Of a DNA stretch of 64,000 nucleotides, positions 23,491 through 37,218 are shown piece after piece. The notes beneath the pieces are model-generated. The model was not told the DNA's origin. It saw nothing but the letters and a program-made list of their open reading frames with translations, and ran no database searches. A program made the position numbers and the translations under genes. How positions within the stretch are numbered: the stretch's first letter is position 1; each line of letters begins with the position of its first letter. The DNA comes from Selaginella moellendorffii (Eukaryota > Plantae > Lycopodiophyta). The stretch is taken from assembly GCF_000143415.4 (NCBI RefSeq), contig NW_003314299.1, forward strand, positions 420,229 to 484,228, written 5' to 3'.

Positions 23491-24783
23491 CGACAAAACA
23501 TGGGTGATATGCATGGACTTAATCGTCGTTTGGTGCAACGAGACTAGGCCGGATATCGAAGCACCGCACGATTTGGAGGAGTCCAAGGCGTTGATCGAGT
23601 TCCTGACAGATTGGGCTTCACCGGAACCTTAGACAAGCACGTTTGATTCCTCTGACAACAGCACGCAATGCAACTCCGACCTCTCAAGGATCGGTCACCA
23701 GAAATCATTGACGTACACGAAACTAGATTAATTTCTGAAATGGCTTCGAATATATTCTTTGTTTCTTGTAAACTAGAATTTGCGGCAGAGAGGTTTAACA
23801 TCACAGTCCAGGAAATGAGACTTCTCTGAGGCATAGAATAAAACACACGCCTTGTCTCCTGTGGATACCCGCTTTGGGAATATGCATTCAGCATACAGTT
23901 CCAAGCAGCTAGATCTCTTTCTGGCATTTTCTCAAAGATGTCCTTAGCTTCTTCCAAATTTCTATTATTCGCATGCAACGTTAAAACAAAGATCACGGCG
24001 TTCCAAGACACTAAATCCCTGTGAGGCATGTTAAAGATTTTGTAAGCTTCTTGTAGCTTTGTTTCAATGGCTTTTGACTGTGGCATTCAGCCATGCCACC
24101 AGCATTACTCCTGCATAATCGATGGCTTGGCAAGAGCTGGTTACATTGACAATGCAAGAGAACTCATTGGAAACATGCCATTTTTTCCCACTTCTTTGGA
24201 TTGGCCGTGCCTTTTAGCTGCATGTCAGAGCCTTGAGTGTGGAACCTGTATATTGTATACGCAAGGAAACTTTTTGATACAGCCCCTGACAGAGACCAAA
24301 TCTTGTGGAGCTCCATGATAGCTTCATATGCACAACTAAGCACCACTGACAGCAAGGCCTTTCTTCTCTTCAACGAAATGCAGGCCGTAGATTCCCGAAA
24401 CACATCGTGCTTCGTATCCATCCTGGCCTCAAAACAGCCACAAAGGCAGCTTTCAAGTGGGAAAGAGCTTCTTCGCTTCCATGGTTGTGGATCACGCCAT
24501 TGAGCCCACAAGGCAGCACTACAGTTGCATGGTAGATCCCTTCCGAGCCGGCCACCTTCACGACGCCAAAGATCTAATCTTAAGCATGCCGTTCGTTCCC
24601 AGTGCTCTCGAGTGGACGTGCCTTCTCGGAGCATGCAAGAGCCACGAGGATTATAACAATCTTAGACTGGGAGACGATGTAGTGAGATCTGTAATGGACG
24701 TAACCGACGCAAGCCCCAAGACACCCTATGCTTTACTAGCAAACGTCTACACAAGCTCCCAAACAAAAAATCCACACTATATG
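23491..24783. other. Rearranged patchwork: micro-inversion, Lnt-like 3' end, inverted PPR-B piece (23701-24055), then a PPR-B/PPR-A 3' chimera
   Basis: Segments match about 29090-29200 (inverted), 29205-29308, 21700-22113 (inverted), PPR-B 3' and PPR-A 3'. Some junctions show short microhomology. Confidence 0.8.
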
Positions 24784-24967
24784 AGCCCCCACCGCTACAG
24801 CCTCCGCCACCACCACAGCCTCCTCCACCGTGGCCTCCACCATGACCACCACCAGAGCCTCCACTGTGGCCTCCACCATGGTGGCCACCGCTAAACATTG
24901 CTCCCGCGAAATCGGAGCGTCTTCTTGGCTTTCGCCTTTTTGGAGATGCAAAGAAACTGAAACACAT
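24662..24967 (-). CDS. Peptide A copy 2; stop codon deleted, so it reads through into antisense PPR-A sequence
   Basis: MCFSFFASPKRRKPRRRS...GGGGGCSGGG then SYSVDF..., caused by a deletion of about 60 bp at 24783. Confidence 0.5.
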   Translation of the reverse strand: MCFSFFASPKRRKPRRRSDFAGAMFSGGHHGGGHSGGSGGGHGGGHGGGGCGGGGGCSGGGSYSVDFLFGSLCRRLLVKHRVSWGLRRLRPLQISLHRLPV

Positions 24968-25334
24968 TTTGGATTGATTGCTTGCATGCAAGGGGGCATA
25001 ATCTTCTGCTTATACACAGGCTAGAAGGCAATTTGAGACTTTGACCCAGAGGAAGCCACGAAGAAAGCAATGATAGCGCGTGGACCTGGAGAAGTTTATG
25101 CAATGAGTGCCACGTCGTGACACTTCATCAGAGTGTTCAAGAAACGCAAGACGTGCATTTGTCTATCCAACCTTTGAGGAATACGTGCATAAAATCTCGT
25201 CAAATTGTGCATGAAGGAAGTTGCTTTGCTTGCTTCATATGGTCAGGTCTTGTGGCCAATCAGATGTTCTCCTGCCTAGTATATAAGCGCAAGCCTCCTC
25301 GCATCAATCATACCTTTATCTTGCGCAATCCAAG

Positions 25335-25562
25335 ATGTGTTTCGGTTTCTCTCAAGCCTCTAACAGGCGAAAGCAGAGGCGAAGGCGCCCGTCTGCAGCA
25401 ACGGGCGCCTTCATGGGGGCTGCCGGCAGTGGTGGCGGAGCTTGTGCTGGCACTGGCGGCGGAGGAGGCTGTGGTGGCGGTGGTGGTGGTGGTGGCTGCG
25501 GAGGAGGCGGTGGTGGTGGTGGCTGCGGAGGAGGCGGTGGTGGAGGCGGTGGAGGCTGCTAA
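25335..25562 (+). CDS. Peptide B copy 2 (75 aa, four GGC units)
   Basis: Intact ORF MCFGFSQASNRRKQRRRR...GGGGC. Confidence 0.7.
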   Translation: MCFGFSQASNRRKQRRRRPSAATGAFMGAAGSGGGACAGTGGGGGCGGGGGGGGCGGGGGGGGCGGGGGGGGGGC

Positions 25563-25880
25563 ATACTCTGTATGAGAAATAGCCATGCATATGAATGTTT
25601 GTAAATATACATATTCCTGGGTTTTCCAATTGAACTTGTTTGTTTTTCTTACAGCCAAGGATTGAGCTGGCCACGATCTTAGCACTGTTTTGGAACTAGT
25701 AAGTAGAATCTCGTAGCATCTATTCAGTAATTCTATGTACTTCAGGTACTATAGTGATTCAAGTAAAATCCAAAAAAAAGGGAAACATCCACTTACAATA
25801 CAACGTTTTGAGCGCTCTTCTGTTGTCTTCTCTCAAGTAAAAGCTTTGATTCTTCTAGCTCTCTCTCGCCTCCTGTTTTC

Positions 25881-27370
25881 TTACAATTCGCGTCGGGTTC
25901 TCCTTTGGCGGGCGCCCTCGCCTTCCTTCTCAATCTCGTTGCCAGCCGCCTTGTCCTTGGAATCGTCCGGGCTGGAGATGTCTTCCCTCTTGGACTTCTC
26001 TACAGTCACCTGCGCAAGACAAACAACCATGACAGTCCAAAACTCGCGCAGCGTATTGCTAATTGTACCTTCGTCTTCTTGGGGGGCGATTTCTTGCCAC
26101 CAAATAGAATCTTAAACAGCGTGGCCACCACGACGAGCGGGATCAAAGCTATGGCGCTCAAAGAAATGGTTGGGAACTTCTCGGCCTTCTCCAGAAGATC
26201 CTGTCACAAACGAAAAGAAAATTAGAATACGAGACAAAGTCCATGCTCGTGTGTTTTACTTACAAGAATCTTTTCCTTCTGTGACGCCAAAGCCGGGATG
26301 TCGGCAACCTTGCGCAGGTACTCAAACATCTTTGCCTGAAAAGATTCGAGGTCGTCACACACACACACACAAAGAAAAAAAAAAGACAGACAAAAGAAAA
26401 CAAAGGAAAAGTACCTGGATGCCGTCAGGACTAGGAGTCGCTTCTTCAATTTTTTGCTTCTCCTTCTCAGCCTCTTACTTGGGCTTCCATTTCGTCTCCC
26501 TGTACTCTGCTGCCACAGCCTCGTCGGTCGCCACCAGGATGTTGTCAAAAAGAATGCCGTCCTGCATCGTCCAGATCTCGATCCCTATCGCCGAGATCGG
26601 CTCTAGATCCGGCCTGTCCAACTCGAAGTACTCCGGGTTTGGTATTTGCTTCGGAGCCCAGATCCCCTTGTAAGCCGGGTTGTCGATCATCGAAGGATAC
26701 CACTTCCCCTTGTAGTCCGGGTTCCTCTTCATGGGCCTCTTCCATTCTCCACACCCAGACGCTTCCTCACACTTTGGGTTGCTGATCTTCGGGGGCTCCC
26801 ACTCGCCATCCTCCTCGTCGTCCCAGTCCGCGGGTTTGCTAGCTTCCGGATCGTCAACCTCGTCCGGCTCGTTGTCCAGCCAGTCATCGGGCTTGACCGC
26901 CTCCGCGTCCTCGATCTCCAGTGGAGCGTCCGGCTCGTTGTCCAGCCAGTCATCGGGCTTGGTCGCTTCCGGATCGGGGATCTTCGCCGGCTCGTCCCAG
27001 TCCTCGGGCTTCTTGTCGTCGGGATTGGGGATGGTCTTGGGCGGGATCACGGCCGGCTGGAAGTCGCTCGAGAGGAGGTCGACGCTCTTCTCCTCCTTGC
27101 CGTCGACGAGGATCTTGAGCGTGTTGTTCGGGTAGATCACTGCTGTGTAGACGTGAGAGAGCTTGTCAGCCACTGGCGATGGCGGGTACTTGAGGTGATG
27201 CTCGATGTGCTTGTCGGATTTAGGGCCTTTGTGCTTGTAGATGAAGTGCACCTTGTTGGTGGTGCCACATCTGTCCAGCCCAAACATGATTGAGTAGGGG
27301 GATTCGTTGCTGAAATTGACGGGCGTCCATTGCAGGAGAAAGAACTTAAGATACACTCTCCCTTTTGGGA
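25881..27370 (-). pseudogene. CNX: Calnexin homologue copy 2, 5'-truncated, premature stop at 26475
   Basis: 293-aa ORF with lectin and P-domain motifs ending KWKPK-stop, where copies 3 and 4 have TAC. Confidence 0.9.
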
Positions 27371-27834
27371 TTATAGAGATGGGTTTAAACCTTAGTTAAA
27401 CACAGAATCACATAAGTATGGAGTTAAATTATGCTTTAAGTTAGTCAACCGTGTTTAACTTATTATACATTTGGAATTCATCAAAAACTCAAAAGCTCAA
27501 GGGTGGTTAAGTGGTGAAGAACTTTAAGAGAAGATTAAATTTTGTATTTTCACACTAGATTATAACATTGGTATTGAAGCCTAATTTAATTCTCATGGCT
27601 AACAAATATAAAACAAGAACCAAAGTTGGTAAACCTTAAGAGAAGTACCATTGGTGACTGGATAGCCTAAATATGATTGTAGATGATCATTCCTAAAGGA
27701 TTGTTAAGCACCAAATTAATGTAATAGAATAGAAAAAAGGTTTATAAACAAAACCCCCCTTTGTAAAAAAAATGCATGCTCTAGGATTTTACTTTAGTCC
27801 CAAAAATTAGTCTTTAAAACAATCACAAAAACTT

Positions 27835-28571
27835 GTATATTTGACAAAATGCCATGTTAAAGTTTAATATTGTGGAGTTCACTATTGTATGGATACACAG
27901 GATCAAGAGATATGGACTTTGACACGACGATTTTTCGATAAAATGCCATACCAACATCTAGTTTCTTGGAACACCATGCTTGATGCTTATGCCCAAAACG
28001 GGTATATGGTAGAAGCAAGGGTCATGTTCAATGCAATGGTGGAGAAGGACGTAATTTCTTGGACTAGAATGCTTGCTGCCTATGGTCTTAGTGGCCAGAG
28101 TTCACTTGCAAGAAAAACTTTTGCCCAGATGCCAGGGAAGAATGAAGTTTCTTGGGATGCAATGCTCAGTGCATGTACCCAAGCAGGGGATTCGGTTTCT
28201 GTGTTTGAGTTGTTTCACACTATGTAGATGGCCGGCATTTACAACCAAGTTGGATTTGTCTCCGCTCTCAATGCTCATGGCCAAGTTCGCAGTGTTGCTT
28301 TGTTTCGATGGCTTTTGACTGTGGCATTCAGCCATGTCACCAGCATTACTCCTGCATAATCGATGGCTTGGCAAGAGCTGGTTACATTGACAATGCAAGA
28401 GAACTCATCGGAAACATGCCATTTGTTCCCACTTCTTTGAATTGGCTGTGCCTTTTAGCTGCATGTCGGAGCCTCGAGTGTGGAACCTGCATATCAAAAT
28501 GGGTGTCTGGACTTGCGAGCAGCAGAGCTATGTATCCTCTCCTGGCAAATGTATGGGCTTGGCATTGTTAG
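27835..28571 (+). pseudogene. PPR-B 3' fragment copy
   Basis: Homologous to 22310-23037, with a TAG at 28225 and a deletion. Confidence 0.85.
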
Positions 28572-28729
28572 AATCTAAAGAACAAAAACTGCTGCCTAGA
28601 TTATGTTGTCAAATTGCTCGAGAATTTAAGACTAGAAGTACCAATTGCGTTTCATGCTTGATAAATTCAAATATTGACAAAATGGGAAAAAAACAAATCA
28701 TTTGTCTATATAACACCCAACATTCCCAG

Positions 28730-29200
28730 GATCTGAGCGTGGACCTCCTGGACCAAATCACCAGAGGCTCTGAGAGATCGCGAGCAACTTCAATCAGACA
28801 GATACCTTGCAATACCTAGCGATTGAGGTGTGTGGAAAGTGCACCAGGCGAAAATTGTGTTTGATGATCCGCCTGAGGGAATGTGTTTGATTCCATGTGA
28901 ATGTTCTCAAAACTCTTCATGGATAACTAGAAAACGATCAATGTTTGATGCCTGACGACGATACTTGCTGCCATGATAGGTACTAACAAAGCAAATATTC
29001 CTTTGCGCCACGATGCTCACACGAAGCTCTTCGGAGCGATGGAGATGGAACGCGATGCCCTTGTCATGGCAGCGTGGGGCTGCCTCCGACTCGATCCATC
29101 GCCTTGGACTCCTCCAAATCGTGCGGTGCTTCGGTATCCGACCTGCACCAAACGACGATTAAGTCAATGCAAGTGCTACGTCCATATCACCCATGTTTTG
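28730..29200 (+). pseudogene. Highly decayed third PPR relic (also near 23150-23600, 38110-38600 and 49225-49680)
   Basis: Fragments AIEVCGKC, QAKIVFDD and KLFGAMEMERDA resemble the first motifs of PLS-PPR genes. Confidence 0.45.
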
Positions 29201-29227
29201 TATTACAGATTGGGCTTCACAGGAATC

Positions 29228-30825
29228 TTAGACAAGCACGTTTGATTCCTCTGACAACAGCACGCAATGTAGCTCCGACCTCTCAAACTCCTTGAAGGAT
29301 CGGTCACCAGTGATGTAGAACACAAAGGCAGAGCATGGAGACGTATACCGCAGCGAGTGCTGCCACTAGCCAAGCGAAAAGAAAGCCGTAGCCTGGGTAA
29401 AGCGTCCAGGCCTTCCCGAGTACTGGGAGCGCCATGGCGAAGACCGAGTCGGAGATACCTTCCCTGCCAAAGAAACAGAAGAACATTAGAGAGCTTTGAT
29501 TGATCAAAACTGTCACATCTGTAATCGAATGTCTGGAGATATGGATCTACAACCGCTGAAACGCCTCCAACCAACTAAAGCCATTCTCCACGACACGGAA
29601 AGCATCGGCCTCTTTCGCCCGGGGACCGCTTGCTCCCAAGTCGCGGTTGATATCAATCCTAAAAGCATTCACCAGAAACTTAGAGAACACCATCATAACT
29701 GCGCTCTACCTCTTTTTCCCGGCCTGGCGCATCAGGTCTGGGAACTCGAAATCGTAACAAATAGCTCCTCCAATCCGGCCGAGCTCGGTCTTGATGACAG
29801 GAAGAATGGGATCCCCTGGAGTTCCATACCAATGGAACCAAGTGGGATTTCCTGTAGGTAAATCCAATGGAGCCATCGGGAAGAACGAGGTCGAAATAGT
29901 TCCCGACGCTCGCGTCCTTGTACTCGTAAGTGATGCCGACGTAGGCGCCGTGCTGGAAAGCGATCTGTCCGGCTTTGAATTGGAGAGAATCCCTCTCCTG
30001 TTTGAGGTGGAGTTTCACCGCAGCCTCGGACCAGAGCACCAACCGATCGCCGGCTCGGAGGCGCTGGTTCGTCCGGTTGAGCATCACATCCATGTCCTCG
30101 TAGACGAGGAGCTTGCCCAGGACGCAAGAGACCGGCACTGTTTTCTTCATCGTGAGGGCGATGTCCTTCTGGAAGAAATCGCCCGAGAAGACCGAGACCC
30201 TGGCGCTGCCGTAGAACAAGGTCGAGAGGGCAATGGCTCCAAACGCCAGGGAGTGGCCGCGATGCAGCTGCGTAGCACGCTTCTTGTCGGATTTGTCCAT
30301 CTTGGGAAGAGACTCGTCGAGAACGGTCCTGTCGTGGAGAATCGCCGAGAACCACGCCATGAGGAATGCGATCCCATCCATCCCCCACACGCCGGCGCTC
30401 ATCACCAGGGGCAAGATTGTCACCTGCGACACGGCGGGATGGAGGAGGGCGCCGACGCCGCCGAATCGATTCCACAGGAACCACGCCGTGGTCCAGACCG
30501 ACGCAAATACCAGCGGCTGGGACGTTCTTGCTCGATCAAAACGCTTCCTGTAGCCGATGCTTGCAAGAAATGGGAGGAGAAGAAACACCCACAGCGCCAG
30601 TGCCCAGATTATTCCCACAATTGGCACGCTGCTGGCGGTGGAGTTGTCCGGGCTCACCTTTCCCAGGAAGAATGCCAGGAGAGCAAGAATTGTGCGTAAT
30701 CCCTGATTTGTGGAAGAAATGCAGGAGGAAAAATGGTTGGAGCCAAGAACAAATTGCAACAGATTGGAAACCAGAGAAGAAAGTGCATGCCACCAAGAGA
30801 ATGGCCAGCATTTCACTTTCGTCAT
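29228..30825 (-). pseudogene. Lnt-like N-acyltransferase copy with deletions and frameshifts
   Basis: Closely matches 38640-40395 but frameshifts after HLVP, has a shifted N-terminus, and its second intron donor is mutated from GT to AT. Confidence 0.9.
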
Positions 30826-32276
30826 GTCTCTTGGTGCTTGTTTGAATGTAGGTGGTAATTTATATTTTTATTAAAATGAAAAGAATATATTATAAATATT
30901 CAGGTATATTTTAAAATATACCTTCATCTAGCAGTTTTAATTTTTTCACTCATAAAATTATCAGTGTTTAATACTATATCTTAAACATAGACAAAACCTC
31001 TAAAGTTAACTGAAATCTAGAGAAAAAAAAAATATATATATACTACTTGATGTAATACAAAACTCCTATCCTCTTGTCTATATCTACATCTTCTTTTCCC
31101 ATTTGTTTCTTTTGCATTATAAAATATTAAAACCATGATATAATTATATTTGTTTAAGATGTTACTTAAAGGTCATTAGTGTTTAATACAGTCATAAAGA
31201 TAACTTACTACTACTTAAAGAAGCTTTTGGTTCTTTTGATTCTTGGGCTACAAATTTTTGGATTTTCACTTTGTTTCTACCAAGTGACAAAAGCTATTGA
31301 AAGTAATCTAAAAAAATATTATATTCAAACAAGTCTATAGTTTTTAGAACAATCTAACCATGCTAGTTGCATAAATTTTTTAACTTATTTGTACATTGTA
31401 AACAACTAAAGAGAACGAATTGCATATAGGTTCAAAAATAAAGGGAAAGAACTTATTACACCCTATTTTTCAATTAGTTAAGAGGGATATTTAGGGTTAA
31501 ATATTTTTGGGTTTGAATAATAGTGGGCTAAATGAACTTTTAAGAAGTCTAAATTTTATTGGTTGGCTAAGGGAATTATATTATATATTTGATTAACATC
31601 TAATAAGAGAGTGAGGCTCTCAAAAAAGTCTTGAAGAGTTACTTGAGAGATAATTAAATATAAAAAGAAAATAGTTATAAGTAAAAGTGCACCACCTTTT
31701 TCCAATTTGTTAAAAGTCTTGGAATACTCTAGGCTTGAGAAACAATAAAGTATATATGGAAAAAGCCCATGAATAAAACACTCATTTTTTAATCAGTTAA
31801 AATTGGTTAAAGGTTTTAGGATTGCATTTAATTTTGGAAAGAATTGATCACCAAGATCTCCAAGAATGAGGGAAAGAAGCCAATTACAATAAAGAGGGTG
31901 TTAGAGTAAAAGACACATCACCCTCTACCTCTAGTTGCTTTGTACCCCATTTCCCAATTTCAATATATCCCATGACCTACTTGTGTTAATGGTTTAAGGT
32001 AACTATGATATTTTAAGATATTCTACCATTTAGCAAATAGATTAATTTTGTATTTAAACACTTTTTAGTATATTCTAGATTATTCTACTTTTAATTCGGA
32101 TTGATCAATTAGGTTAATAAATATTACTAAACAAAAATAAAACCATTATTAACAAACTACACATTGTTACAAACAAATTATTCTTCTCATAATGAATTTT
32201 TAATATTATCATTAAATATTATTTAATCTAAGTATGTTCTTACAACAATCTTGAGTTCAATGTTTTGGGTTAGATT

Positions 32277-34049
32277 ATGAACAGAAACTCAAGCATTCAT
32301 TTTATTCAATCCTGCAAAAGCCTTTATGAAGCAAGAGAGATTTACCTGAATCTTAAAAGGAATCATCCACTTGCTAATGATTCCTTCCTCAGCAACAAGC
32401 TCATTGAGATGTTTGGCAAATATGAAAGCCCGCAAGAGGCACGCCAAATCTTTGATACCATCAAACACAAAGACTCCTTTTCGTGGGCTTTCATGTTTCA
32501 AGCTTATGCCCAAAACTCCCATCTTAAACATGCAAGAGAGATCTTCGACAAAATGCCGCAAAAGGATGTCCTTGCATGGACATCCATGCTCTTGGCATAT
32601 GCCCGGAGTGGGCATATTCTCAATGCCCAAAAAACATTTGATGAGATGCCGCAACACAGCCTTCTCTCATGGAATGCATCTTGTCAGTCCACGCACACAG
32701 CTGGGATCTACAATATGCCGAAAGGATTATCTCCGGGATGCCCGAGTATGATCTCGTGTCGTGGAATTCCATTCTTGCGCCCGGAACGGGCATGTAGAGG
32801 GAGCGAAACGTGTTTTCGATTCTATGGAGGCTCGTGACCTTGTATCATGGACGACAATCTTGGTTGCCTTGTCGCAGGGCGGAGATTTGCACGGAGCAAA
32901 ACTTTTGTTTGATGTAATGCCGCAGCACGATCTCGTCGCCTGGACCGCGATGCTTAGCGCGTACGCACTGAACGAGGATGTCGATTCGGCACAGAGGATT
33001 TTCCGCGAGTAGATCTCGTTTCGTGCAACACCGTGATGCGATGCTGCCGTGATGCTAGACAATCAAAGCTTATATTTGACTCCATGTCGCAGAGAGCTCT
33101 CTCGTCGTGGACAACAATGCTCGCTGTTCTTGCCAAGAACAGCCCCGGGGAGGAAACCAAGAGCTTTTTCTATCAAATGCCGGAGCTTGATCTTACTTCC
33201 TGTACGATAATGCTGCTCTCACAACCCTCAGACTTGGATCTTGTGAAGGCCACCTTTGATCAAATGCCGCAGCGAGACCTGTGCTCTTGGAACTCTGTTC
33301 TTTTGGCGTATGCCCAATCAGGGCATTGTGACTTTGCTTTAAGACTCTTTAACGAGATGCCCGAAATGGATATGGTTTCGTGGAACACAATGTTAAATGC
33401 GTTTGTTCTAACTAGCAAACTACGTGAAGCTGCTTTACTCTTTCATAGCATGCTAGAACGCAACGTTGTGACCTGGGATGCTTTGATATCTGCATTTCCC
33501 GAGAAGGCCATATTGTATACGCAAGGAAACTTTTTGATACAGCCCCTGACAGAGACCTAATCTTGTGGAGGCTCCATGATAGCTTCATATGCACAAGTAA
33601 GCACCACTGCCAGCAAGGCCTTTCATCTCTTCAACGAAATGCAGGCCGTCGATTCCCCAAACACATCGTGCTTCGTATCCATCCTGGCCGCAAACAGCCA
33701 CAAAGGCAGCTTCCAAGCGGGAAAGAGCTTCTTCGCTTCCATGGTTGTGGATCACGCCATTGAGCCCACAAGGCAGCACTACAGTTGCATGGTAGATCTC
33801 TTGAGCCGAGCCGGCCACCTTCACGACGCCAAAGATCTAATCTTAAGCATGCCGTTCGTTCCCAGTGCTCTCGACTGGACGTGTCTTCTCGGAGCATGCA
33901 AGAGCCACGAGGATTATAACAATCTTAGACTGGGAGACGATGTAGTGAGATCTGTAATGGACGTAACCGACGCAACTCCCAAGACACCCTATGCTTTACT
34001 GGCAAACGTCTACACAAGCTCCCAAACACAAAATCCACACTATATGTAA
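32277..34049 (+). pseudogene. PPR-A copy 3 with multiple frameshifts and stops
   Basis: Fragments at 32277, 32761, 33033 and 33576 together reproduce the 6068-7726 protein. Confidence 0.9.
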
Positions 34050-34089
34050 AATCTAAGGACTTACTCTCTCCTGTACGCATGAAGTCATT

Positions 34090-34308
34090 TTAATCACCTC
34101 CGCCACCGCCACCTCCTCCGCCACAGCCCCCACCGCCACAGCCTCCGCCACCACCACAGCCTCCTCCACCGTGGCCTCCACCGTGGTCACCACCAGAGCC
34201 TCCACTGTGGCCTCCACCATGGTGGCCACCGTTAAACATTGCTCCCACGAAATCGGAGCGCCTTCTTGGCTTTCGCCTTTTTGGAGATGCAAAGAAACTG
34301 AAACACAT
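34090..34308 (-). CDS. Peptide A copy 3 (72 aa)
   Basis: Intact MCFSFFASPKRRKPRRRSDFVGAMF...GGGGD. Confidence 0.7.
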   Translation of the reverse strand: MCFSFFASPKRRKPRRRSDFVGAMFNGGHHGGGHSGGSGGDHGGGHGGGGCGGGGGCGGGGCGGGGGGGGGD

Positions 34309-34664
34309 TTTGGATTGATTGCTTGCAAGGGGGCATAATCTTCTGCTTGTATTCAAGGCTAGGACGCAATTTAAGACTTTGACCCAGAGGAATCCACGAA
34401 GAAAGCAATGATAGCGCGTGGACCTGGACAAGTTTATGCAATCAGTGCCACTTCGTGACACTTCATCAGAGTGTTCAAGAAACGCAAGACGTCTATCCAA
34501 CCTTTGAGGAATACGTGCATACGATCTCGTCAAATTGCGCGTGAAGGAAGTTGCTTTGCTTGCTCCATATGGTCAGGCCTTGTGGCCCATCAGATGTTCT
34601 CCTGCCTAGTATATAAACGCAAGCCTCATCGCATTGATCATACCTCTATCTTGCGCAATCCAAG

Positions 34665-34856
34665 ATGTGTTTCGGTTTCTCTCAATCCTCTAACAGGCGA
34701 AAGTAGAGGCGAAGGCGCCCGTCTGTAGCAACGGGCGCCTTCGTGAGTGGTGGCGGAGCTTGTGCTGGCACTGGCGGCGGAGGCTGTGGTGGCGGTGGTG
34801 GCGGTGGTGGTGGTGGTGGCTGCGGAGGAGGAGGCGGCGGCGGCGGAGGCTGCTAA
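34665..34856 (+). pseudogene. Peptide B copy 3 with a nonsense codon (CAG to TAG) at codon 14
   Basis: ATGTGTTTCGGT...AGGCGAAAGTAG; the rest matches copy 4. Confidence 0.7.
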
Positions 34857-35197
34857 ATACTCTGTATGAGAAATAGCCATGCATATGAATGTTTGTAAAT
34901 ATGCATATTCCAAAACTTGCTCAAATAATACGTACAGTTTGTTTGTATTGAACTTGTTTGTTTTTTTCCAGCCAAGGATTGAGCTGGCCACGATCTTAGC
35001 ACTGTTTTGGAACTAGTAAGTAGAATCTCGTAGAATCTATTCAGCAATTCTATGTACTTCAGGTACTATAGTGATTCAAGTAAAATCCAAAAAAAAGGGA
35101 AACATCCACTTACAATACAACGTTTTGAGCTCTCTTCTCTTGTCTTCTCTCGAGCAAAAGCTTTGATTCTTCTAGCTCTCTCTCGCCTCCTGTTTTC

Positions 35198-36693
35198 TTA
35201 CGATTCGCGTCGGGTTCTCCTTTGGCGGGCGCCCTCGCCTTCCTTCTCAATCTCGTTGCCAGCCGCGTCGTCCTCCGCCTTGTCCTTGGAATCGTCCGGG
35301 CAGGAGATGTCTTCCTTCTTGGGCTTCTCTACGGTCACCTGCGCAAGACAAACAACCATGAGAATCCAAAACTCGCGCAACGGTATTGCTAATTGTACCT
35401 TTGTCTTCTTGGGGGGCGATTTCTTGCCACCAAAAAGAATCTTAAACAGCGTGACCACCAACACGAGCGGATCAAAACTATGGCGCTCAAAGAAATGGTT
35501 GGGAACTTCTCGGCCTTCTCGAGAAGATCCTGTGTGTCACAAACGAAAAGAAAGTTAGAATACGAGACAAAGTCCATGCTCATGTGTTTTACTTACAAGA
35601 ATCTTTTCCTTCTGTGGGGATGTCGGCAACCTTGCGCAGGTACTCAAACATCTTTGCCTGAAAAGATTCAAGGTCGTCACACACACACACAAGAAAAAAA
35701 CAAAAGACAGACAAAAGAAGACAAAGGAAAAGTACCTGGATGCCGTCAGGACTCGGAGTCGCTTCTTCAATTTTTTGCTTCTCCTTCTCAGCCTTGTACT
35801 TGGGCTTCCATTTCGTCTCCCTGTACTCTGCTGCCACAGCCTCGTCGGTCGCCACCAGGATGTTGTCAAAAAGAATGCCGTCCTGCATCGTCCAGATCTC
35901 GATCCCTATCGCCGAGATCGGCTCTAGATCCGGCCTGTCCAACTCGAAGTACTCCGGGTTCGGTATTTGCTTCGGAGCCCAGATCCCCTTGTAAGCCAGG
36001 TTGTCGATCATCGGAGGATACCACTTCCCCTTGTAGTCCGGGTTCCTCTTCATGGGCCTCTTCCATTCTCCACACCCAGACGCTTCCTCACACTTTGGGT
36101 TGCTGATCTTCGGGGGCTCCCACTCGCCATCCTCCTCGTCGTCCCAGTCCGCGGGCTTGCTAGCTTCCGGATCGTCAACCTCGTCCGTGTCCAGCCAGTC
36201 ATCGGGCTTGACCGCCTCCGCGTCCTCGATCTCCAGTGGAGCGTCCTCGTCCCAATCGTCGGGCTTGGTCGCTTCCGGATCGGGGATCTTCGCCCGCTCG
36301 TCCCAGTCCTGGGGCTTCTTGTCGTCGGGATCGGGGATGGTCTTGGGCGGGATCACGGCCGGCTCGAAGTCGCTCGAGAGGAGGTCGACGCTCTTCTCCT
36401 CCTTGCCGTCGACGAGGATCTTGAGCGTGTTGTTCGGGTAGATCACTGCTGCTGTGTAGAGGTGAGAGAGCTTGTCAGCCACTGGCGATGGCGGGTACTT
36501 GAGGTGATGCTCGATGTGCTTGTCGGATTTGGGGCCCTTGTGCTTGTAGATGAAGTGCACCTTGTTGATGGTGCTACATTTGTCCAGCCCAAACATGATT
36601 GAGTAGGGGGATTCGTTGCTAAAATTGCCGGGCGTCCATTGCAGGAGAAGGAACTTGAGATAGGCGATGCCACACTCTAATCCCTTCTGGAAT
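35198..36693 (-). pseudogene. CNX: Calnexin homologue copy 3, 5'-truncated with 3' frameshifts
   Basis: Homology begins at FQKGLECGIAYLKF. The 335-aa ORF carries the P-domain, and there is an 11-bp deletion near 35616. Confidence 0.9.
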
Positions 36694-37218
36694 TATAGAG
36701 ATTGGGTTTAAACCTTAGTTAAATACAGAATAAGTGGGAGTTAAATTATGCTTTAAGTTAGTTAACCATGCTTAACTTACCCATTATTTTTATTATACAT
36801 TTGGAATTCATCAAAAACTCAAAAGCTCAAGGGTGGTTATGTGGTGAAGAACCTTAAGAGAATATTAGATTTTGTATTTTCACACTAGATTATAACATTG
36901 GTATTAGAGCCTAATTTAATTCTCATGGCTAACAAATATAAAAGGGAAACGAAGCTTAGTAAACCTTAAGAAAAGTACCATAATGACCAGAGGATAGTTT
37001 AAATATGATTGTAGATAATAATTCCTGAAGGATTGTTAAGCACCAAATTAAGGTAATAAAATAGAAAAAAGGCTTATAAACAAAACCCCCCTTTGTAAAA
37101 GAATGCATGCTTTAGGATTTTACTTTAGTCCCAAATATTAGACTTTAAGAAAATCACAAAAACTTATTAAATATAAAATGACACTAGATTGCAAATTTAG
37201 ATGCAAGAATAACAAAAC

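Noticed and set aside
26646-27293. Plus-strand ORFs over calnexin (also 9606-10230 and 35967-36602)
   Set aside because: Antisense shadows of the acidic, GC-rich P-domain codons.
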